Source of the DNA: Deltaproteobacteria bacterium
GTDB lineage: Bacteria > Myxococcota_A > Polyangia > Polyangiales > Houyiibacteriaceae
Length of the DNA stretch: 64,000 bases
Reading direction: 5' to 3'
Assembly (NCBI GenBank): GCA_004283055.1
Contig: SHLP01000008.1
Location: forward strand, 668-64,667
The number at the start of each line of letters is the position of its first letter. Position 1 is the stretch's first letter. The notes below the pieces were generated by a model. It was not told the origin of the DNA and ran no database searches. It saw only the letters and a program-made list of their open reading frames with translations. Below, piece by piece: positions 18,195 to 27,590 of this stretch. The translations under genes and the position numbers were made by a program.

Positions 18195-19310
18195 CTAGGC
18201 GGCCGTGAGCGGCACTCGGACGCAGTTGCGGCCGTCGCGTTTTGCCATGTACACGGCGTCGTCGGCCGCCTTGATGAGCTCGCTGACTTCCGCCATCGCC
18301 GAGGTTTTCGCCCCGACGCCGACGCTCACGCTGCCCAGCCACTCGCCGTTTCCGGCTCGAACCCGAAGGGCATCGACTGCGGACCGGATCCGCTCGCCTA
18401 GGTGAAGCGCACCGTCGGCACTGGTGTTTGGACAGATCACCAGGAACTCATCGCCCCCGAGCCGACAGACCACATCGTCGGTGCGGACCGCGTGGCTCAA
18501 CGCGAGAGCCAGCTTTCGCAGGACCGCGTCGCCCGCGTCGTGACCGTGGCTGTCGTTGACTTGTTTGAAGCCGTCGGCGTCGATCATGAGACAACAGATC
18601 GAGACACCGGCGATTTCCGCTTCACGCCACAGCTGACGGAGCCGCTGCATCGCGTGCCGGCGGTTCGGAAGGCCTGTCAGTGCGTCCGTTGCGGCGAGCT
18701 CCTCGAGTTGACGATTTGCACCCGAGAGCGCTCGGGTTCGCTCAGCGACCTTCTCCTCGAGGTCCTGGTTGAGCTGTAGTAGCTGCCTATTCTGCTTGGA
18801 GACCTGTTCGAAGAGCCCCGTAAGCGTCGCTACGAGAGGCTCCGTTTCGCTCGCCGCCTCGCGCTGCTGCCGTTCATAAGCTTCGGCAGGTGTGCTCCCA
18901 GCCCGTATCGCGGCAACCTGGCGTGCCATGTTCTGGTCTTGGACGAGGATGTGATAGGCGATCCAATGCACTAGGAATGAGAGCAGTGATTTCGCGGCGT
19001 CGGCGTCTTCCGGATCGACCCTCTCGGCTTGACGCGTCACGGCTTCGAGAAAGCTGGCGTGCTCCTCTCGGTGTAGCTTCAGGTGCCGCGGGTCGACGCC
19101 GACCTTGGACATCAACTCCTCCTCGTGGGCGAAGTGATAGTCGGCGTAGTCGGCAAGTTCCTTCAGCAGGCTTTCGATTTGCTGGAAGTCGAGCACGTTG
19201 TCCGAGAGCGACTCGCCGAAATGGTTGATCATCTCGATCAGGTGACGATGCTGCCCGTCCACCGGACCCAGGCCGGTGACAAAGTGCTCGGTCCAGTTGA
19301 AGGCCGCCAT
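18195..19310 (-). CDS. bacteriohemerythrin-domain diguanylate cyclase (hemerythrin-GGDEF)
   Basis: The N-terminus, WTEHFVTGLGPVDGQHRHLIEMINHF ... HFAHEEELM ... HREEH ... HWIAYHILVQD, carries the hemerythrin iron ligands. A coiled-coil linker follows. The GGDEF domain has an intact RLGGDEF and an RTDD I-site 5 residues upstream. Confidence 0.9.
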   Translation of the reverse strand: MAAFNWTEHFVTGLGPVDGQHRHLIEMINHFGESLSDNVLDFQQIESLLKELADYADYHFAHEEELMSKVGVDPRHLKLHREEHASFLEAVTRQAERVDPEDADAAKSLLSFLVHWIAYHILVQDQNMARQVAAIRAGSTPAEAYERQQREAASETEPLVATLTGLFEQVSKQNRQLLQLNQDLEEKVAERTRALSGANRQLEELAATDALTGLPNRRHAMQRLRQLWREAEIAGVSICCLMIDADGFKQVNDSHGHDAGDAVLRKLALALSHAVRTDDVVCRLGGDEFLVICPNTSADGALHLGERIRSAVDALRVRAGNGEWLGSVSVGVGAKTSAMAEVSELIKAADDAVYMAKRDGRNCVRVPLTAA

Positions 19311-19487
19311 CGTCTCCCCATTCCTCCCCAGTTATCAACCGGCGCCGGAAGCGCCGTGAAGCAGATAACCTGACAATAAGATAGACAGTTCCCAGCCAGA
19401 CCCAAAATCGGCCCTGAGCCCGGGCATTTTGGCTTGAGAAATGGATCAGTTGCGAACCATCAATGATGGCCCTAAACTAGTTCGCAT

Positions 19488-20336
19488 ATGAACCAGTTGG
19501 AAGGAATCCCAATGCCCAAAGCCCTCACCTTCGACTCCGACTCCGCCCCCGTCGACCGTCGACGCCTATACAAGCTCAGCCCGCCGAACCCGTCGCTCCG
19601 GTATCTCGAAGCCCGCGCGATCTTCGAAATCGGCTCGATCCTTCCCAACATGCCGCGGCTTATCGGCGAGCCCCGCGGCGATGGCCGAAAAGTCATCCTC
19701 ATGCCCGGCTTTCTGGCAGACGACCGTTCGATGTGGCCGCTCCAGCGCTTCCTTTCCTTCTTGGGCTACGACGCGCGCGGCTGGGGCCTCGGTCGAAACA
19801 CAGGCGACCCCGAAGCGCTCGCCGCGGCCTTCATCGCTCGGCTCGATGCGATGGAGCTCGACGACGCTGGAGTCACCTTGCTTGGCTGGAGCCTCGGCGG
19901 CGTGGTCGCTCGCATCGTCGCCATGCGACGGGCAGGCGTGGTCCGCGAGGTGATCACTCTGGGCACGCCTGTGGAGGGCGGTCCGAAGTACACGGCCGCG
20001 GGATCGATCTACGCCGAGAAGCGGGGGCTCGACCTCGACGAGTTCGAAGAGCACGTGCATCGGATGAATCGCGAGGGGCTCGGCGTCCCGCTCACGGTCA
20101 TCTACAGTCGAACCGACGCCATCGTCAGCTGGCGAGCCGCGATCGACCGCTACAATCCGCACGCACGGCACATCCACGTTCAGAGCTCGCACGTAGGCCT
20201 CGGGTTCAGCCCGCGCGTCTGGCGAATCGTCGCGCGCACCCTGCACGCGTCGTCAGAAATCACTCGAGGCCAAGCGTCTCGCTCAGCCAATCGTCGATTG
20301 CGTCGGCGACCTCCCGCCAGCGGGGCTCCGCCATGA
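19488..20336 (+). CDS. alpha/beta hydrolase (lipase/esterase-like)
   Basis: GWSLGG nucleophile elbow and an alpha/beta-fold pattern. The Arg/Pro-rich C-terminal tail overlaps the convergent gene by 77 nt and is probably stop-poor read-through. Confidence 0.7.
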   Translation: MNQLEGIPMPKALTFDSDSAPVDRRRLYKLSPPNPSLRYLEARAIFEIGSILPNMPRLIGEPRGDGRKVILMPGFLADDRSMWPLQRFLSFLGYDARGWGLGRNTGDPEALAAAFIARLDAMELDDAGVTLLGWSLGGVVARIVAMRRAGVVREVITLGTPVEGGPKYTAAGSIYAEKRGLDLDEFEEHVHRMNREGLGVPLTVIYSRTDAIVSWRAAIDRYNPHARHIHVQSSHVGLGFSPRVWRIVARTLHASSEITRGQASRSANRRLRRRPPASGAPP

Positions 20337-21060
20337 GGTTGTGCGCCTGGTCCGGAAACACCAGGAGCTCCGCCCCGTAGGCCTTGGCGGTTTGCGTCTC
20401 TTCCTCGACGGTGAACACCTCGTCCTTTCCGCCCGCGACCACCAACAACGGGGTTTCTCTCAACTTCGTCGGGTCGGCGATCGGAGTGAGCGTCGTCAAA
20501 AGCACGCCAAAGGACTCGCGAACCAACTTAGCTTCCCAGGCTTCGAGGTCTACCACGGCGTCCTCGCTGAAGAAGTTGCTCAGGACCTTGTCGGCGCTGT
20601 TCACGATGTGGTGCGTGTTGAGGGTCAAGATCGCTTTGAGGGTCGTCCGCGTGTTATGCCGCAGCGAACGAAGCAGATACGGCATCAACCCGCGCTGCGG
20701 GAGGGTCGCGAGCAAAACGGCCGCCGGCACCGTGTGGGTTTCCAACAGGCGCTGGGTGACTGCTCCCCCGAGGCTGTGGCCGATGATCGCCGGCGTTGGA
20801 GAGATCTGGGCCACCACCTCCGCAAGGCATTCAGCGTAGTCGCCGAGCGTGTAGCGATTGACGTGCGGTTTGCCGAGCGGGCTCGCTCCGTGCCCCGGAA
20901 GGCTCAGCGCGTGCACTTCGTAGCCGAGCTCCGAGAAATGCTGAAGCCAGTGCTCCCAGCACCACGCCCCGTGCCACGCGCCGTGCTGAAACAGAAGAGG
21001 TGTGTGCTTGGTGCGCTTCGCCGGATTGCGACTGATGTGTTCAAGCATGCGCCATCCCAT
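20260..21060 (-). CDS. alpha/beta hydrolase
   Basis: HTPLLFQHGAWHGAWCWE (oxyanion region), the GHSLGG nucleophile elbow, and a C-terminal DQAHN containing the catalytic His. Confidence 0.8.
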   Translation of the reverse strand: MGWRMLEHISRNPAKRTKHTPLLFQHGAWHGAWCWEHWLQHFSELGYEVHALSLPGHGASPLGKPHVNRYTLGDYAECLAEVVAQISPTPAIIGHSLGGAVTQRLLETHTVPAAVLLATLPQRGLMPYLLRSLRHNTRTTLKAILTLNTHHIVNSADKVLSNFFSEDAVVDLEAWEAKLVRESFGVLLTTLTPIADPTKLRETPLLVVAGGKDEVFTVEEETQTAKAYGAELLVFPDQAHNLMAEPRWREVADAIDDWLSETLGLE

Positions 21061-21257
21061 CCGTGCTGGAGTTCTCGCGACCCTATACCCGTGGGCGCCG
21101 AGCGTCCACCGTGACCAAACCGACGCTCGTCCTAGCGGAGACGCCGTGTCGCAGCTGCGTGCTCACTCCTTTCCGAGCACCAGGTCTCGCGGATTTTGAT
21201 CCTCGCTTTGCAGAAGACTTCCCATATACTGCGCGCTCACCTACCGGGGAGCATGTG

Positions 21258-21767
21258 ATGGCCAAAGCTGTGAAGAGGAAGAGCGCAACGAAGAGCTCCG
21301 CGAAGAAGCGGACGGCAAAGAAGTCGCCGGCCAGAAAGAAGGCGGCCAAGAAGGCTGCCAAGAAGCGCCCGGCGAAAAAGGCGCGGCCGAAGAAAGCCGT
21401 CAAAAAACGCACGACGAAGAAGGCGCGGCCAAAGAAGACATCCAAGAAGCGCACGACGAAAAAGAGGGCGCCGAAGAAGGTTGCCAAGAAGCGTACAACC
21501 AAGAAGGCGTCCAAAAAGGCGGCAAAGAAGCGCAGCAGCCGGAAGGCCGTGCTGAAAAAGCGAGCCAAGAAGACCACGGCTCGCATCAAGAAAAAGATCA
21601 CAAGAGCGGCGCAGCAGGCTGAACGGGACATGGAAGACTTGGCGAAGCTCCCGATGTTCGAACCGGATGGTCAGCTGGCAGATGCCAAAGAGCGATTGAA
21701 GGCGGAACGCAAGAAGCACGCGGCCAAAAAAAGAAGGCAGAAGAGGAAGGCCAGCAAGAAGAAGTAA
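21258..21767 (+). CDS. lysine/alanine-rich histone H1-like (nucleoid-associated) protein
   Basis: The ATG at 21258 gives MAKAVKRKSATKSSAKKRTAKKSPARKKAAKKAAKK... About two thirds of the protein is K/A/R/T/P low complexity with KKRTTKK repeats. A charged helical tail follows (AQQAERDMEDLAKL...KERLKAERKKH). The upstream part of track ORF 21063..21767 looks non-coding. Confidence 0.75.
   Translation: MAKAVKRKSATKSSAKKRTAKKSPARKKAAKKAAKKRPAKKARPKKAVKKRTTKKARPKKTSKKRTTKKRAPKKVAKKRTTKKASKKAAKKRSSRKAVLKKRAKKTTARIKKKITRAAQQAERDMEDLAKLPMFEPDGQLADAKERLKAERKKHAAKKRRQKRKASKKK
21402..21527 (+). repeat. three in-frame tandem 42-bp (14-aa) repeats inside the H1-like gene
   Basis: KKRTTKKARPKKTS / KKRTTKKRAPKKVA / KKRTTKKASKKAAK, read directly from the sequence. 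Confidence 0.8.
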
Positions 21768-21899
21768 GCAGTTGCGGCACCCGCTTCGTGATGGTGACCT
21801 TGACCCCCAGCCTCGAACCGTCAACCATTGGGCCGTCGTCGGGGCTCTGGCAGGCACCGGCCATCGCTTTCGGCCCGCCCATCAACTACGGTCCGCCTC

Positions 21900-23252
21900 A
21901 TGACTAAGCCTTCGGGAATGAACATACCTCATGTCGTCGTCGTTGGCGGTGGCTTCGGTGGCATGAGTGTCGTCTCGGCGCTGGCCCGAACCCCGGCCCG
22001 GGTTACCCTCATCGACCGGCGCAACCATCACCTCTTTCAGCCGTTGCTGTATGAGGTCGCGACCGCGGCGTTGTCTCCCGCCCAGATCGCCGTTCCGCTC
22101 CGGCACGTCTTTCGACGACAGAAAAACGCAAGTGTCATCCTCGGCGATGTGACCTCGGTCGAGCTCGATATGAAGACGGTGGTCGTCGATGGAGAGCAGG
22201 TGCCCTTCGATTATCTCGTCTTGGCAACGGGGTCGACGCATCACTACTTCGGGAACGACTCCTGGTCGACTCGCGCGCCGGGCTTGAAGTCCATCGATGA
22301 CGCCTTGGAGATCCGGCGGCGCTTCTTGCTGACCTTCGAGCGGGCGGAACGCTGCTCGGATCCAGAAGAGCGGCAACGCTTGCTGACGACCGTCATCGTG
22401 GGGGGTGGGCCCACCGGGATCGAGCTTGCCGGCACCATGTCGGAAGTCGCAAAGCGCGTCCTGCAAGGGGAGTTCCGTAGCCTCGATCCATCTTGTCTCC
22501 AGATTGTCCTGGCCGAGGGGGCGGATCGCTTGCTTCCCGCGCTTGCGCCGGAGCTTTCGGCACGCGCGAAGACCGACCTCGAAAAGCTCGGCGTCGACGT
22601 CCGCTTGAAGACGCTCGTCACGGAGATCGACGAACGAGGCGTCGCGCTCGAGAGCGGCGAGCGCATTGGGTCGGCAAATGTCGTCTGGGCAGCTGGGGTC
22701 TGCGGCGCCCCCGTTGAAGGAGGCCTGGACGCGTTCTTGCGCGATGACAAGAGGCTTCGCGTGGAGCCCGACCTGTCGCTCACCGGCCATCCTCGGGTCT
22801 TTGCGATTGGCGATTTGGCGTACGTCGAGAGCAACGGAGCGCCGGTTCCCGGACTCGCCCCCGCGGCGCTGCAAATGGGTAAGCACGTCGGGAAGATTCT
22901 CGCTCGAGAAATCGGACGCGGCGCATCCGTCGAAAGCCGCACTGCGTTCGAGTACTGGGACAAGGGAACCCTCGCCACTATCGGGCGGGGCAAGGCCGTC
23001 GCAGATATCGGGCGTTTCAAGTTCGGTGGAGTCGTCGCATGGCTGCTCTGGGTGTTCGTCCACATCGCGTTTCTCGTGGGCTTCCGAAGCAGAGTCATGG
23101 TGCTCTTCGAGTGGGGCTACGCTTACATCACTTTCCGTCGGGGGGCGCGGCTGATTACGGGCGGAAAGACCGCCGCAGCGGAGCTCGATGCGAGCTCGGA
23201 CATTGGGAAGAAACGGGCTGCGGACGAGCCGGCCCTGTCCGCGAGCACCTGA
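21900..23252 (+). CDS. ndh: type II NADH dehydrogenase (NDH-2), FAD-dependent pyridine nucleotide-disulfide oxidoreductase
   Basis: HVVVVGGGFGGMSVVSALAR...LIDRRNHHLFQPLLYEVATA is the NDH-2 signature, followed by a second Rossmann motif, VIVGGGPTGIELAG. The internal ATG at 21900 is preferred over the track start at 21828. Confidence 0.85.
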   Translation: MTKPSGMNIPHVVVVGGGFGGMSVVSALARTPARVTLIDRRNHHLFQPLLYEVATAALSPAQIAVPLRHVFRRQKNASVILGDVTSVELDMKTVVVDGEQVPFDYLVLATGSTHHYFGNDSWSTRAPGLKSIDDALEIRRRFLLTFERAERCSDPEERQRLLTTVIVGGGPTGIELAGTMSEVAKRVLQGEFRSLDPSCLQIVLAEGADRLLPALAPELSARAKTDLEKLGVDVRLKTLVTEIDERGVALESGERIGSANVVWAAGVCGAPVEGGLDAFLRDDKRLRVEPDLSLTGHPRVFAIGDLAYVESNGAPVPGLAPAALQMGKHVGKILAREIGRGASVESRTAFEYWDKGTLATIGRGKAVADIGRFKFGGVVAWLLWVFVHIAFLVGFRSRVMVLFEWGYAYITFRRGARLITGGKTAAAELDASSDIGKKRAADEPALSAST

Positions 23253-23255
23253 CGC

Positions 23256-23816
23256 CTACTTGCGCACGTAGGTAGTCGTAAATCGAAGCGTGGACGGTAG
23301 CTTGTCCGCGGTGACCGTGGTCCTCATCGATAGCTTCCCGTCAGCGGAGATCGTAAAAATGTTGGTCGAGACCCCCCGGTCGCCGATGAGCTTCTGCTCG
23401 AGCGCTCCATCGGGTGTGATTCGGTGACTCACCTCGAGCTCGTTTCCGTTTCGAGGATTACGCCACGGAACCCGCTTGCCGGTCGCCGGCGCGGAGACCT
23501 TCGGCTGTCCCGTTCGCGCAACGGTGATCGTATCGCTTCCGAGGGAGATCCGGAGCTCGTCGGTGGGGAGATTCGGCTCCCGTAGACGCCGTCGGGCAAT
23601 GCCTCGGATGAAGACGTTCATCTCGTCGACCGCCTCGTCGATTGCGCGCTCGACCTCCTGCATCTCCTCTTGCCCGCCTGCGAACCGGTAGGTGCCGAGC
23701 AAGGGGAGGGGCTCCGCGTCGCTGGCCTTGGCCTGCGCCGTTCCCCCGGGCGCCCACGGCGAGACGAGAACAGCTGCGGCGAGTGAGAACAAAGCCAATG
23801 TGCTCCGAGGAGGCAT
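23256..23816 (-). CDS. hypothetical secreted protein (186 aa)
   Basis: The internal ATG at complement(23814-23816) gives MPPRSTLALFSLAAAVLVSPWAPGGTAQA (signal peptide), followed by a beta-rich domain. The longer track ORF (to 24188) overlaps the DUF3604 gene start and has Arg/Ser/Pro-biased composition. Confidence 0.55.
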   Translation of the reverse strand: MPPRSTLALFSLAAAVLVSPWAPGGTAQAKASDAEPLPLLGTYRFAGGQEEMQEVERAIDEAVDEMNVFIRGIARRRLREPNLPTDELRISLGSDTITVARTGQPKVSAPATGKRVPWRNPRNGNELEVSHRITPDGALEQKLIGDRGVSTNIFTISADGKLSMRTTVTADKLPSTLRFTTTYVRK

Positions 23817-23922
23817 ACACGGCGATATAAGGCAAAGCTGCCCTCTGCAAAGCCTGGGTTCCCAGCTCACCATCCGATCTCGAGGGCTTGCCGTACCCGT
23901 TTTACGCTCGAGAAACCGGGGC

Positions 23923-26127
23923 ATGGCTCTGATGAAAAAGATCGTGCCAGCTCTCGTGCTCACCGTGGTGCTTGCGGCGCTGGTCCTGTGGCACGTGCTC
24001 GGCGGGGGCAATCCGCAGCTCGATGGCGAGGTTACGAATGCTGCGTTGAGCGACGCGCTCGTGGAGGCTAGAGACGCTCGGTCGAGCTCCGAGACAGGGA
24101 GGATTCTATTTGGCGACATGCACGTGCATACGACGCTCTCCGTCGATGCATTCCAGCAGAGCCTGCCGCTGCTGGGCGGGGAGGGCATTCATCCCCCGGC
24201 TGACGCATGTGACTTCGCGCGCTTTTGCTCTCAGCTCGATTTTTACGCGCTCACTGACCACGCGGAGGCGCTCACCCCGCGCACGTGGCGGATGGTCAAG
24301 GACTCGGTCCGACAGTGCAATGCGGTCGGCGAAAGGATCACTCCGGACCTCGTTGCATTTACTGGGTTCGAATGGTCGCAGACGGGTTTGACTCCCGAAA
24401 CCCACTTCGGGCACAAGAACGTCATCTACAGGCACACGGATGAGGATCGGCTGCCAGCCCGACAGATCGGTGCACCCGGCTTGGTCGACCGCAACTTCCG
24501 AAACTGGCGCACCCTGCTGATCAACATCCAGCTTCCGTTTTTCGCGTATCCGGATCAACAGCCTTACAACGACGTCATCTATCACGTGCGCGAAGGGATG
24601 TCGGTTCCGGAATGCCCGACCGGCGTCGCATCCCCTGAGATTCCCGCGGACTGCCGCGAGGTGGCCGAAACGCCTCGCGATCTATTTCAAAAGCTCGATG
24701 AGTGGGGACACGAGGCGCTGGTCATTCCGCACGGTACGACCTGGGGCTTCTACACGCCGCGCGAATACCTGTGGGATAAGCAGCTAGCCGCAGACCAAGA
24801 CGACCCGAGGCGGCAGCGCCTGATCGAGGTGTTTTCCGGCCACGGCAACGCAGAGGAATACCGTCCGTACCGCCCGCTTACTCGAACCGCGGAGGGGCTC
24901 GAGTGCCCCGCGCCGACCGAGGCGTTCGAGCCCTGCTGCTGGCGCGCCGGCGAGATCGTCCGAAGCCGCTGTGATGATCCCGACTCGATGCAATGCGCGC
25001 AGGACGTGCAGGCCGCCCGTACCAATTACCTCGATGCGGGCACCGCTGGACACGCAACGCTGCCCGGTACGGCGCTCGCCGAATGGGGCAACTGCGGTCA
25101 GTGCACCGATTGCTTCAACCCTGCGTTTCTCCACAGGCCGGGGGGCTCCGTCCAGTACATGCTCGCCAGAGGCCATTTCGGCGCGGCCGAGACGCCGCGT
25201 CACGTGACGCTCGGCTTCATGAGCTCGAGCGACAACCACGCGTCGCGACCGGGCACGGGGTACAAGGAGCTCGCGCGTCACCGAATGACGGAGGCGCGCG
25301 GTGCCATCAACGAAGAGTGGCAGCGCCGCACCTTCGGCCTGCCAGAAAAGACCCAGGCTTCGGTGAAGCTGGGCCCAGAGGACGTCGCCGCGATGCCGCC
25401 GTTTCGCACCATCTGGGTCGAGCGGCAGGCCTCCTTTTTCATGACCGGCGGGCTCGTGGCCGTGCACGCGCCCGAGCGAACGCGAGAGGCGATTTGGGAT
25501 AGCCTCATGAGGCGCGAGGTCTACGGAACCTCGGGGGACCGAATCCTTCTCTGGTTCGACTTGCTCAATGCCGGCGCAGCGCCCGTTCCGATGGGCAGCG
25601 AGCTCAGCTTCGCATCGACGCCGAAGTTTCGGGTCAAGGCGGCGGGCTCGTTCGAGCAAAAGCCGGGTTGCCCCGACAGTGTCGTCGACGCCCTCGGCGC
25701 AGAGCGCGTCGAAAACGTCTGTGCCAGCGAGTGTTACTACCCAAGCGACGAGCGCCGCGCCATATCCCGAATCGAGGTCGTTCGGATCGCGCGGCAGATG
25801 CAGGACTCCGAATCGATCGACGAGCTCATCGACGATCCGTGGCTCACTTTTCCGTGTCCGCCGGGCGCCGCCGTCTGCGAAGTCGAGTTCGAAGATTCCG
25901 CTTTCCTCGAGTCGTCACGCGAGCTCCTTTACTACGTGCGTGCGGTCCAAGAGCCCACGCCCGCCGTCAACGCCGGCGGGCTTCGCTGCGACGACGACGG
26001 GAAGTGCGAGCCTTGCTATGGCGGTTACCGAACGGACTGGGACGACGACTGTCTCTCGATGAACGAAGAGCGTGCCTGGTCCTCGCCGATCTACCTCACA
26101 CCCGTGGCGCGAGCAGAGGCGCGCTAG
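23923..26127 (+). CDS. DUF3604-like membrane-anchored metal-dependent (PHP-like) protein
   Basis: The ATG at 23923 gives MALMKKIVPALVLTVVLAALVLW (TM anchor). ILFGDMHVHTTLSVDAF and LTDHAEA are the metal-binding signatures I associate with DUF3604. The track start at 23692 was discarded. Confidence 0.65.
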   Translation: MALMKKIVPALVLTVVLAALVLWHVLGGGNPQLDGEVTNAALSDALVEARDARSSSETGRILFGDMHVHTTLSVDAFQQSLPLLGGEGIHPPADACDFARFCSQLDFYALTDHAEALTPRTWRMVKDSVRQCNAVGERITPDLVAFTGFEWSQTGLTPETHFGHKNVIYRHTDEDRLPARQIGAPGLVDRNFRNWRTLLINIQLPFFAYPDQQPYNDVIYHVREGMSVPECPTGVASPEIPADCREVAETPRDLFQKLDEWGHEALVIPHGTTWGFYTPREYLWDKQLAADQDDPRRQRLIEVFSGHGNAEEYRPYRPLTRTAEGLECPAPTEAFEPCCWRAGEIVRSRCDDPDSMQCAQDVQAARTNYLDAGTAGHATLPGTALAEWGNCGQCTDCFNPAFLHRPGGSVQYMLARGHFGAAETPRHVTLGFMSSSDNHASRPGTGYKELARHRMTEARGAINEEWQRRTFGLPEKTQASVKLGPEDVAAMPPFRTIWVERQASFFMTGGLVAVHAPERTREAIWDSLMRREVYGTSGDRILLWFDLLNAGAAPVPMGSELSFASTPKFRVKAAGSFEQKPGCPDSVVDALGAERVENVCASECYYPSDERRAISRIEVVRIARQMQDSESIDELIDDPWLTFPCPPGAAVCEVEFEDSAFLESSRELLYYVRAVQEPTPAVNAGGLRCDDDGKCEPCYGGYRTDWDDDCLSMNEERAWSSPIYLTPVARAEAR

Positions 26128-26141
26128 CGAAAGGCTGAATC

Positions 26142-27590
26142 ATGGCAAGCGCAAGCAAGCAACAGAGGATTCTCATCGTCGGAAGCGGCGCGGCTGGGAC
26201 GGCGGCGGCCTGCTCGCTCGCGAGACACCCCGAGTTCTCGGTCGAGGTTTGGGAGGCTGCAGCGCAGGCCGGAGGCGTCGCGACCAGCGAGGTCCTTTCC
26301 GCGAACGGCTCGCCAGGCACCTGGCTCAACGACGGAGTGCAGGGCGGCAGCCCGACGTATCGCAACACGCTGTGGCTTCACGAGGAGGCAGGAATCAGCC
26401 CTAGGCCCGTCGACTTCCGCGTGTCCTTCGGGCGAGACGGCACGGCGTGGAACAACACGGCTTCGACGCCACTCGTCGACCGCCTTCGGCCCGACATTCA
26501 GCGCTTTGGAAAGCTGCTCGAGTGGATCGACCGGGCCGAGCCGTTATCCGCTCTCGTTCCGATCGGGCTCGTCCTGAGAGCGGGTCGGTTCTCGAAGGAT
26601 TTCCGCGACCACATGCTGTATCCGCTGGTGGCCCTCTTCTTCGGGACAGGGAATCAGACGCGTCGCGTGTCGGCTGCCCTAATATCGCGGGTGTTCCGAG
26701 ACGAGAAGCTGCGCCTCTTCGACTTCGATCCCGAGCGTCTGCTCTCCCAGCGCCCCCCCATGTTCGCATTCGACAGGCTCTCCGAGATCTACGAGAAGAT
26801 GGTCGAGATGACGGAGCGGACAGGGCGCGGCGTCTTTCATTTCGATCGCCCGGTCGAGCGAATCGAGCGCAGCTCCGACGGGGTCCATGCGACCGACGCA
26901 CGCGGCGCTGTCGAACATTTCGACGCCGTGGTGTTTGCATGTCCGGCAAACGTCGCGCTGCGCGCTCTCTCTAAGCCTAGCCTTCGAGAACGGGCCGTGC
27001 TCGGCTCGGTTCAATACTTCGACGACATCACGGTCACCCACACCGATCGCGCGTACATGGAGCGGTACTACGAGCTCGACGACGAGCGTGGAGATCAGTA
27101 CTTCGTCCGCACGTACCCCGACACCAGCGATCGAATCGAGATGTCCTTCGACCTTTCCCACTACCAGCCGCAGCTCGAGTCTTCGATTTACCAAACCATC
27201 TTCCTCGATCGAGCATCCGACGAGAGCCGATGGACGATTGATGAGATAGACCCCGGGCAGATCCTGTTCTCGAAGCCATGGACTCAGTTTTCGCACACGT
27301 GGCAGCACTACGTGCGGGTCGTTCCGTGGCTCCGATTTCTTCAAGGGCGCCAACGCACGTATTACGCTGGTTCTTGGACGCTCGCCAACACGCACGAAGT
27401 CGCTACGATTTCCGGCTTTGCGGCTGCATATCGTCTCGGAGCTGCCTATCCCATCGAAAAAGACGAGCTCGCACTGGCTCAGTTCGAGACGTACCTCGGC
27501 GTCGTTCACGGCATCGCGTTCGAGCGAGCTTCCTCCGTCTTGAGCGGCGATGAGCTGAGCGAGGGTGGGGCGTCTACGTTGCGGGCGTAG
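26142..27590 (+). CDS. NAD/FAD-binding amine-oxidase-fold oxidoreductase (type often linked to cfa/photolyase gene sets)
   Basis: ILIVGSGAAGTAAACSLAR...VEVWEAAAQAGG dinucleotide-binding motif. 482 aa. Begins 14 nt after the DUF3604 stop. Confidence 0.8.
   Translation: MASASKQQRILIVGSGAAGTAAACSLARHPEFSVEVWEAAAQAGGVATSEVLSANGSPGTWLNDGVQGGSPTYRNTLWLHEEAGISPRPVDFRVSFGRDGTAWNNTASTPLVDRLRPDIQRFGKLLEWIDRAEPLSALVPIGLVLRAGRFSKDFRDHMLYPLVALFFGTGNQTRRVSAALISRVFRDEKLRLFDFDPERLLSQRPPMFAFDRLSEIYEKMVEMTERTGRGVFHFDRPVERIERSSDGVHATDARGAVEHFDAVVFACPANVALRALSKPSLRERAVLGSVQYFDDITVTHTDRAYMERYYELDDERGDQYFVRTYPDTSDRIEMSFDLSHYQPQLESSIYQTIFLDRASDESRWTIDEIDPGQILFSKPWTQFSHTWQHYVRVVPWLRFLQGRQRTYYAGSWTLANTHEVATISGFAAAYRLGAAYPIEKDELALAQFETYLGVVHGIAFERASSVLSGDELSEGGASTLRA

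Noticed and set aside
19404-19430. Hairpin-like element AAAATcgGCCCtgagcccGGGCATTTT in the divergent region between the diguanylate cyclase and hydrolase genes (possible terminator or sRNA).
   Set aside because: There is only a 4-bp GC stem plus an out-of-register A/T extension, and no upstream gene on either strand that it could terminate. It is too weak to call.
21063-21257. N-terminal extensions offered by the ORF track for several genes: 21063 (H1-like), 23692 (DUF3604), 53995 (DUF2141), 4774 (lipoprotein), 37154 (glgB), 37294 (ada), 59827 (paralogue B), 60641 (SOUL), 54393 (DUF1295) and 24188 (secreted protein).
   Set aside because: The extensions overlap neighbouring genes or promoters, have biased composition, and precede internal starts. 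Those internal starts give proper signal peptides, family-typical N-termini or Shine-Dalgarno sequences.
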